Assembly: GCF_011386835.1 (NCBI RefSeq)
Contig: NC_088806.1
Location: forward strand, 30,690,001-30,754,000
From: Chrysemys picta bellii
Taxonomy: Eukaryota
Direction: 5' to 3'
DNA length: 64,000 bases
The position numbers and the translations under genes were made by a program. Below are positions 34,101 to 43,100 of this stretch, piece by piece. The notes under the pieces are model-generated. The model was not told where the DNA came from. It did no database searches and worked only from the letters and a program-made list of their open reading frames with translations. The first letter of the stretch is position 1. Every line of letters begins with the position of its first letter.

Positions 34101-37100
34101 GCCCCTGCATCACCTGCCCAGCCCGGGCATCGCTCTGATGGGTGGGGGGGAGCGTGACATGCAGGCCCCAGTGTCGCCTGCCCAGCCCAGGCATCGCTCT
34201 GATGGGTGGGGGGGAGCGTGACATGCAGGCCCCTGCATCACCTGCCCAGCCCAGGCATCGCTCTGATGGGTGGGGGGGAGCGTGACATGCAGGCCCCTGT
34301 GTCTCCTGCCCAGCCCAGGCATCGCTCTGATGGGTGGGGGGAGCGTGACATGCAGGCCCCTGCATCACCTGCCCAGCCCGGGCATCGCTCTGATGGGTGG
34401 GGGGAGTGTGACATGCAGGCCCCAGTGTCGCCTGCCCAGCCCAGGCATCGCTCTGATGGGTGGGGGGAGCGTGACATGCAGGCCCCTGCATCACCTGCCC
34501 AGCCCGGGCATCGCTCTGATGGGTGGGGGGAGTGTGACATGCAGGCCCCAGTGTCGCCTGCCCAGCCCAGGCATCGCTCTGATGGGTGGGGGGGAGCGTG
34601 ACATGCAGGCCCCTGTGTCTCCTGCCCAGCCCAGGCGTCGCTCTGATGGGTGGGGGGGAGCGTGACATGCAGGCCCCAGTGTCGCCTGCCCAGCCCGGGC
34701 ATCGCTCTGATGGGGGGCGGGGGGGGGGGGGGGGGTGGAGCGTGACATGCAGGCCTCTGCATCACCTGCCCATCCCGGGTATCGCTCTGATGGGTGGGGG
34801 GGAGCGTGACATGCAGGCCCCTGCATCTCCTGCCCGTCCCGGGTATCGCTTTGGCGGCGGGAACACACTGCACAGCCTGTATGGCTGCCCTGGCTCAGGC
34901 TTGAGCGATGCCCCGCGGGGAGATGCTGGAGCAGGGTATATGTGGGGCGGAGGGTGATGGAGCAGCGGGGAGGCCTGTGTAGCCAGGCACTGCCCCAGAA
35001 CCATGTGCCAATGGGCTCGTTAACCCTGTGCTGGCCGGTCTGGTGCGTGCCCATCACTCAGCGCCAGCCTCCGTCCAGTGCTGTGACCGAGCCCGTATTC
35101 CCCCCGGAAATGCTGCCGGCTGGCAGCTAGCCAGTGCTCTGGGCAGGGGTAGCTCTGCGGCTGCAGGTGGCGCAGGCTGGGCTGGTTGCCAGGGTGCCCT
35201 CGCCCCTGTCTGCCGCATGCCCCGCCTGGCCTGTGATGGGATCCCGCCTCTGTTCCCAGCAATACCTGTACGTGGCAGACCTGGCCCGGAAGGACAAGCG
35301 TGTCCTGCGGAAGAAATACCAGATCTACTTCTGGTGAGTGAGGGCAGGCCTGGGGAGGGAGGAGAGGTGAGGGGGTAGGGAGATGGGCTGCGGGACTCTT
35401 CTGTCCGCCCCTGAGCTAAGGAGGTGCCTGGAGCCCTGCCCTGCTGCAGAGCAGTGGATAGATCGGCGTCCCGGCCCTCCATGGCGTTGGCATCACACTC
35501 GCCGTCCCGCCGAGCCCAGTGGGTGCTGCAGAGCGCGTGGAGGAGATGGGTGAGCACGGGTGCCGCTGGAGCAGTGGGGAGAGCCCCAGGGAGGGGGCGG
35601 AGCTGGAGTCCCTGGCCAGCGCCCGCCTGGCTCAGTTCCGTCCTCTCTTGCAGGAATATTGCCACCATCGCTGTGTTCTACGCCCTCCCTGTCATACAGC
35701 TGGTCATCACCTACCAGACGGTAAGGACGGCCCCTGCCTGCGTCCCCCTCCTGCCCCAGTATCCGAGCTCTCTCCCCTGGGGGCTGCTGGCTGCCCTGCT
35801 CCACCATCTCCTGAATTCGGGGAGTTCCCAGGGCTGGGCTCTGGGCTTCAAAGCAGCCACGGGCTGAGGGGCAGTTCCCTCCTGTGCCAAAGAAACCAGC
35901 GGCGTCTCCTCCCAGGCGCTCCCCCAGCCGAGCGGCCCCTTCACTCGGTCGCCCACGCGAGATGCAGGCTGAGATCCAGCCCTGCCCAGCCCGGCTGCAG
36001 CAAAGTGCCGCATTGTCTCCCTCTGCACTTAGCAGCCTCTCCAAGGGGCAGGCTTGGCCAAATGCCCTCTGTAAATGTGCACATCCCTGCCCTGGTTGTA
36101 ATCAGCCCTGGGGTGGAAGCTGGAAGAACACATGAACTCTGAGTCACCCCTCGCCGTCTGCACTTGCCCAGTGCTGCTGGGTCCTCTGCCTGCCCCCTCC
36201 TCGGTGAGTGCACGTTTCTACTGGGGACACCTCCCCTCGGGCCCCCCAGTCCTGGCTGTGAGCTGTGCCAGGCCCGTTCCAGCTGGTGTCCCCTGCCCTT
36301 CCTCTTCAGGGTCTCGCTTGCTTCCCCGCTGCAGGTGGTGAACGTGACAGGGAATCAGGACATTTGCTACTATAACTTCCTGTGCGCCCACCCCCTGGGA
36401 AACCTCAGGTAAGAGCTGGCGCGGGGCTCGCAGTGACGCTCCCTGGCCTGCCCACCTGCCCCTCTGCGGTCTGGCGGGTGGGGTGGGGAGGGGAGCTGGG
36501 CCCCTGGTAGCACCCAGGAGGGGAGAACAAAGAACCGGGGAGGGGAGCCCATGTGAACCGTGGCGCTCTGGCTGGGATGCGGGTGGGGACAGAGGGTGCA
36601 GCTGCCCGGGGCGGGGGCAGTGCCCTGTTCCGTGGCACCGATCTCTGGGGAACAGGCCACACAGCCGGCCCTGTGACGGTGACCTGGACTGACCTGCTTC
36701 CTGCCAGCGCCTTCAACAACATCCTCAGCAACCTGGGCTACGTGCTGCTGGGCCTCCTCTTCCTGCTCATCATCCTGCAGCGAGAGATCAACTACAACCG
36801 GGCGCTGATGCGCAACGACACGCAGGCCCTGGTGAGCACCGCCCCTCGCGCCCGGCCCTGTGCCTGCAGCCTGGCTGATCGCCGTCCCCCGTGATGCTGG
36901 CTGGGATGGGCAGGGCTGCGCCCTTGGGGTGGGGGCGGGCAGGGCCTGGGTGCTGACGGGGAGAGTTCCTCTGGGGGGCATCCAGGGGGGGCTGCCCCTG
37001 GCCTGAGCTGGGAGCCGGGCTCGCTCAGCCCAGGTGCCTTTTGGCCAGATCTGTCTGTCTGAGGCGGGCGTGTCAATCCTCCCTTTCCCCCCCCAGGAGT

Positions 37101-40100
37101 GTGGCATCCCCAAGCACTTCGGCCTGTTCTACGCCATGGGCACGGCGCTCATGATGGAGGGGCTGCTCAGCGCCTGCTACCACGTCTGCCCCAACTACAC
37201 CAACTTCCAGTTCGGTGAGTGCTCGGGGCTCCCTGACCCTGCAGTGACACCCGCCCTTTGCCCGGCTCCAGCGCGGAGCTGGACTAGGGGTGACTGCCAG
37301 GGGCTCTCCTCTCCGCCCAGCGCAGCCCGTTTGCTGGCTGCTTCATCCCGCTGAGCTCACCCCCTTTCCCGTCTCAGACTCCCTCTCTCCCGGCCCTACC
37401 CAGCTGCCACAGTGCTGTGGTGCTGGCAGAGATTGGGCACTGGCTCCGGTGGAGCTCTGGGAGGGTTTGCGCTGCAGCCTGCGGCATCAGACAGCCCCCA
37501 GCCACCTCCCGGTGAGCTCAGGGAGCCGCTGTGCTCCGAGCAGAGGGATGTGCAGCACCGCTCCGGCCCCACGGCTCGGCAGTCCAGCTCTGTCTCTGAG
37601 CCGTGTCTCAGACGTGGCGGTTCCTCCCACCGTGCCTGTCTGAGATGTCCCTGCCCTACTCTCCCTGCCACGGCAGCCAGGACCCAGGCTCCTGCAGCCG
37701 TGCAATGCTGAGGGGCTGCCAGCCTGCCCCTCCCCGGCCCCTCGCTCAGTCTGGCCACCGTCCCTTTGCAGACACTTCCTTCATGTACATGATCGCGGGA
37801 CTCTGCATGCTGAAGCTGTATCAGAAACGGCACCCGGACATCAACGCCAGCGCGTACAGCGCCTACGCCTGCCTGGCCATCGTCATCTTCTTCTCCGTCG
37901 TCGGCGTGGTGAGTGCCAGCCCCGGAGCCGTGTCTATGGGGGAGGAGCCACTGGCTCCGAGCTCGCTGGTGCCCCCTGTGCAGACGGCTCAGTCCAGGTG
38001 GGCGCGTTACTGGCTGTCTGCAGAGGGACTAAGGACTGAGCTGTCTGAGAGCCTGTGGGTCCTTGGCCAGCAAACCCCACACCCGGAGAAGGCAGCAGTT
38101 GCCTCAGTAAAACTCAGGCTGCCTTGCCCCAGGCCGGACTCAGGCATGAATCCTGGCTTTGTGGCTCTCTCAGCTCCCTGGTGCTGACGGCTCCTTCTGT
38201 AACCACAGCTCTGATGCCTGCGTCGTGGGCCCCTGGGGACCAGCCCCAGCCCCGTCTCCCACCCGCTCACCCCGTCTTCTCCCCACAGGTCTTTGGCAAA
38301 GGGAACATGATGTTCTGGATTTTCTTCTCCATCATCCACATCATCGCCACCCTGCTGCTGAGTACGCAGCTCTACTACATGGGCCGCTGGAAACTCGGTG
38401 AGGCCCCGCCCCTGGGACAGGGATGGGGGGCAGAGCCAGACTCCCCATGGGCACCACAGGCAGCCCAGCCCAGCGCGGGTCCTTGGCTCTGCGTCGCGGC
38501 CTGAGTGGTCCATGGCGCTAGAACGCCTGCACCCAAGTGACTGCTCAGCCCTCCTCCCTGCTTAGTATAACCCACGTCCAGGGCTCTCTGTGCACCGGCA
38601 GAGCAAGTCTGGCTCCCTCCCGCCTTGGGCATTGTCGGCTCAACTCGCACAGGAGACGCCTGCGCTTACGTGGGGGCCTGTGGGGCCGAGCGTGGCCGGC
38701 CCTGCTCAGATGAGCCCGCAGCGCTGGGGACTTGGTCTGAAAGCCAAGCCAGCTTGGCAGTGGGACTCACTGCAGGGGCATGAACGGGGCATTGTTCCGC
38801 CCACCCTCCCGGCTGTGTGATGGGCTGGGGGAGCCCCCACTGCTCTGTGCGGGCAGCCTCTGCTCACGCTGGCCTCCCTCCAGCCGGACTGCTGCTCTGG
38901 GAGCGCAGGGTTCAGGCCTCTTCCCTTTCGGATGGGACTGGCTGCAATCCATGCCCCGCTGGGCTAGGATGGGCCTGGGAAGGGCCTGCTGCCCCCTCCC
39001 CCGGCTCTAGCGCTGCCTCTCTCTCTCTGCAGACTCCGGGATACCGCGCAGAATCGTGCACGTGCTGTACACAGATTGCATCCGCCAGTGCAGTGGGCCC
39101 ATGTACGTGGTGAGTGAGCGGCTCACTTCAGCCCTGAGGCGCCCAAGGCCCCTGACTCTCGGTACAAGCCCGTGACTGGCTAACACTGCGCGAGGAGGAC
39201 TAGCTGCAACAGCAGTGCCCCGGGGCCGGCCCAGAGCTCTCTGCTGGACGGTGGATGTTCCGGCAAGGCCTCATGCTGCAGGCACAGGGACGCATCCAGC
39301 CAGCACGGGGGCAGGATGCTTTGATGGACCACTGGCCCAAATCTGCCCTTTTGCTTCTGCATCCCAGTGCAACCGTGCAGTCCCTGGGCATGACAGCCCT
39401 GAGCCCCTGCCAGCCCCCTCTGACAGCGCATCCCCAGCGTACTCCGCTCTGGGCCTGGCTCTGTGATGGAGACAAATGGAGCTAAACCAAGAGCCTGCCC
39501 CAGAGGTGACCAGCCAGTGGCCATGTTGTCCACCCCTCGCGGGGGGCTCGGGGGCCTGCTCCTGCCTGGTCTATCTGAGCTGGGGCATCAGCTCGGGCAG
39601 TAGGGCACCACGCTTTCCGAAGCCGAGGTCCTAGATTCAATACCCACTACGGACAACTCCCCCAGGGTCCTTTCCGTGAGGCCTCCCTCCCCCTCCTCAC
39701 CCAGCACGGCCCCTCTCAGCCCCCCGTCCTCAGTTAGCCCAGACCCGCGGCCCCACTGCCCCCCAGCGGGATGCAGGGAGGCTGTTTGCTTGGCTGTGGT
39801 GGAATGTGATGCTGGGCCCAGCTGAGGTGATCTGAGCTCCGCCACAGGCACAGAGCTCACGCTGTGGTCAGAGCTTCCCGATCCCTCCCTGCCCCCTCCC
39901 TGGGACCAGCATCCTCCCAGCCAGAGAAGGCTGAGCCACCATGCCCTGGGGCAGAGAGTGGGTCTGGGAGATGGCAGCTCTAACGGCTCTGAGCCATGAA
40001 AACAGGGTCCCCCCCGAACCACTAGCCCAGCATACGCCCCCTCCCCTGACCCTCCTTGTCTGTGTTTGCAGGATCGAATGGTTCTGCTGGTCATGGGCAA

Positions 40101-43100
40101 CATCATCAACTGGTCGCTGTAAGTCTGGGGGTGTGTGTAGGGGGGACAAGTCCCAGGTTGCCCGGAGGGAGAGTGCTCTGTACAAGGAAAGGGGGTATCA
40201 GGAGAGCTCCCCTCCCACCACTGCCAACACACCTCGATCCAGGCCCTCCCCTGCTGCTATGCCAGCCCCGGCCCTGACCTGCTGGTCTCAGTTGTTCCAG
40301 GCCTATCCCTCTGCAGTGCTACCATGCAGCCGGGCAGGGAGCTGGGCTGAGAACACACAGCTCGCGTCAGCTGTGAACACCGTGGGGCAAAGCAGGGTGT
40401 AGCGCCCTGGAGAGGGAGCGCACTGTGGCTCACTAGCGGCAGCCGTGGAGAGCTGCCCCGGACAGCAGTCGGGCGAACGCCTCTCCCCTGCCTACTCTCC
40501 CACTGGGCAAGCCCCGGGATGCAGCAGGCGCCCCAGGTTATGTTCCAGGAGACCCTGCTCGTCTTGCCGGTGGTGCAGGCTGCAGCAGGGACCATAGAGA
40601 ATTGCTGCCGATATCCGGCATGGGGCTGCCCCAGTCTCTGCCATGCTGCAGCTGGGGGCCCCCCTCTGCTGCCTTCCTAACCCACCTCTCCCTCCCCCAG
40701 CGCTGCCTACGGACTCATCGTCCGACCCAACGACTTCGCCTCCTACCTTCTGGCCATCGGCATCTGCAACCTGCTGCTCTACTTCGCTTTCTACATCATC
40801 ATGAAGGTGCGGGGACAGGCTGGGGGCTCGGCTGGACAGACTCCCTGGCTGCACAGAGCGGGGCCTTGTCACGGAGTCCCCGGGCGATGCTCTGGAACTG
40901 CTCCCCACAAAGCCAGTCAGGACTTTGGGGAGCCTCCTCTCCCTCGGAGCAGACTGTCTTCAGGGCAAGAAGCTCACACGTCTTCACCTCCTGGGTCTCT
41001 CCTGGGAGCATTCAGCATATGCCCCTCCCTGCGCTTCCCACAGCAAGTCCGCCCAGCGGGGGTCCTGGGGAAGCCAGAGGGTCCTGCACCCCCACTTTGC
41101 AGTCAGACGTGACTCTCAGCCAGCCAGTAACACAGAGATTTATTAGATGACAGGAACATGGTCTAAAACAGAGCTTGTAGGTACGGCGGTGAACGGGACC
41201 CCTCGGCCGGGTCCATTATGGGGTTCAGAGAGCCAGACACCCATGTCCGCCCTCACTCCTCGTCCCCAGCCAGCTCCAACTCTGAAACTCCCTCCAGCCC
41301 CTCCTTCTCTGGGCTTTGTCTCTTTCCCGGGCCAGGAGGTCACCTGATCTCTTTGTTCACCTTTAGCTATTTCCTCACAGGGGGGGAAGGGGCCCTGGCC
41401 TTTTGTTGCCAGGGAGACAGTGTGTCAGTGATTTATGCGCATTGGCCTTTCCCCACCACCTAGAGACTTAAGAAATGCATAGGGGAAACTGAGGCACCCA
41501 CACAGTATTCAGAGGAAACATTAAGAACAGTCCCACTTCATCACAGGCCTGTACCCCAGGAGAGCTCTGGGGCAAACGGGGAGTGACTGAGCTCTGGGGT
41601 TACCCCAGAGTCAGGCCCCAGCGGAGGAGCAGGGCCTGTAAGTCCTTTCACCAACATCCCCAGAGCCCTGGTACCTGCACCACCACCCCCAGCACCGCTG
41701 AGTCCTTCCAGCCATTATCTGTCCAGGTAGTGGGGAGAGAAGCCTCCGTCACTGGGGAACACATGGGCATGGCCTCCTGGGAGCCTGTCCCAGGCCCCAC
41801 ATGTGCCAAGGAAGGTGCCTAGCCCTCTGCGTGTGCCGGGCTTCACCGTTCACCTGCGCTCTGTGTGTGCCCCCTGCCCTCTGCATATGCTGGGTGTCTC
41901 CGTTCCTCTGCTTGTGCCCCCTGCCCTGTGCGTGTGTCGGGCGTCCCCCTGTTCCTCTGCGCGTGCCCCCTGCCCTCTGTGTGTGCCGGGCGTCCCTCTG
42001 TTCCTCTGCCCTCTGCGTATGCCGGGCGTCACCCTGTTCTCCTGCCCTCTGCGTGTGCCCCCTGCCCTCTGCATGCGCCCGGCATCCCCCTGTTCCTCTG
42101 CCCTCTGCATGTGCCGGGCGTCACCCTGTTCTCCTGCCCTCTGCGTGTGCCCTCTGCATGCGCCCGGCATCACCCTGTCCCTCTGCGTCTGCCGGGCGTC
42201 ACCCTGTTTCCCTGCCCTCTGCGTGTGCGGGGCATCACCCTGTTCCTCTCCCTCCGCGTGTGCCCTCTGCACTCTGCGTGTGCCGGGCGTCACCCTGTTC
42301 CTCTGCCCTCTGTGTGTGCCCCCTGCCCTCTGCGTGTGCAAGACGTAACCGTTCCTTGCCCTCTGTGTGTGCTGGGCATCGCCGTTCCCCTGCCCTCTGT
42401 GTGTGCTGGGCGTCACCTCTCCCCTGCCCTCTGTGCGTGTTGGGCATCACCCTGTTCCTCTGCATGTGCTGGGTGTCGCCGTTCCCCTGCCCTCTGCGTC
42501 TGCCGGGCTTCACCCTGTTCCTCTGTTCTCTGCGTGTGCCGGGCATCGCTGTTCCCCTGCCCTCTGCTTGTGCCACCTGCCCTCTGCTTGTGCCACCTGC
42601 ACTCTGCATATGCTGGGCGTCTCCGTTCCTCTGCGTGTGCCCCCTGCCCTCTGTGTGTGCTGGTTGTCCCCCTGTTCCTCTGCGTGTGCCCCCTGCCCTC
42701 TGTGTGTGCCGGGTGTCCCCCTGTTCCTCTGCGTGTGCCCTCTGCATATGCTGGGCATCTCCGTTCCTCTGCTTGTGCCCCCTGCCCTGTGCGTGTCAGG
42801 CATCCCCCTGTTCCTCTGCGTGTGCCCCCTGCCCTCTGCATGTGCCGAGTGTCGCCATTGTCTGCCCTCTGCGTGTGTCAGGTGTCGCCATTCCCCTGCC
42901 CCATGTGTGTGCCCCCTGTCCTCTGCGTGAGCCGGGCGTCGCAGTTCCCTGCCCTCTGCGTGTGCCCCCTGCCCTCTGTGTGTGCCGGGTGTCCCCCCGT
43001 TCCTCTGCGTGTGCCCCCTGCCCTCTGTGTGTGCCGGGTGTCCCCCTGTTCCTCTGCGTGTGCCCCCTGCCCTCTGTGTGTGCCGGGCGTCCCTCTGTTC

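Noticed and set aside
33862-34873. 131-268 aa ORFs with 21-aa periodicity; CRISPR-like appearance
   Set aside because: These are translations of the 63-bp VNTR. The units are contiguous with no unique spacers, and the context is eukaryotic.
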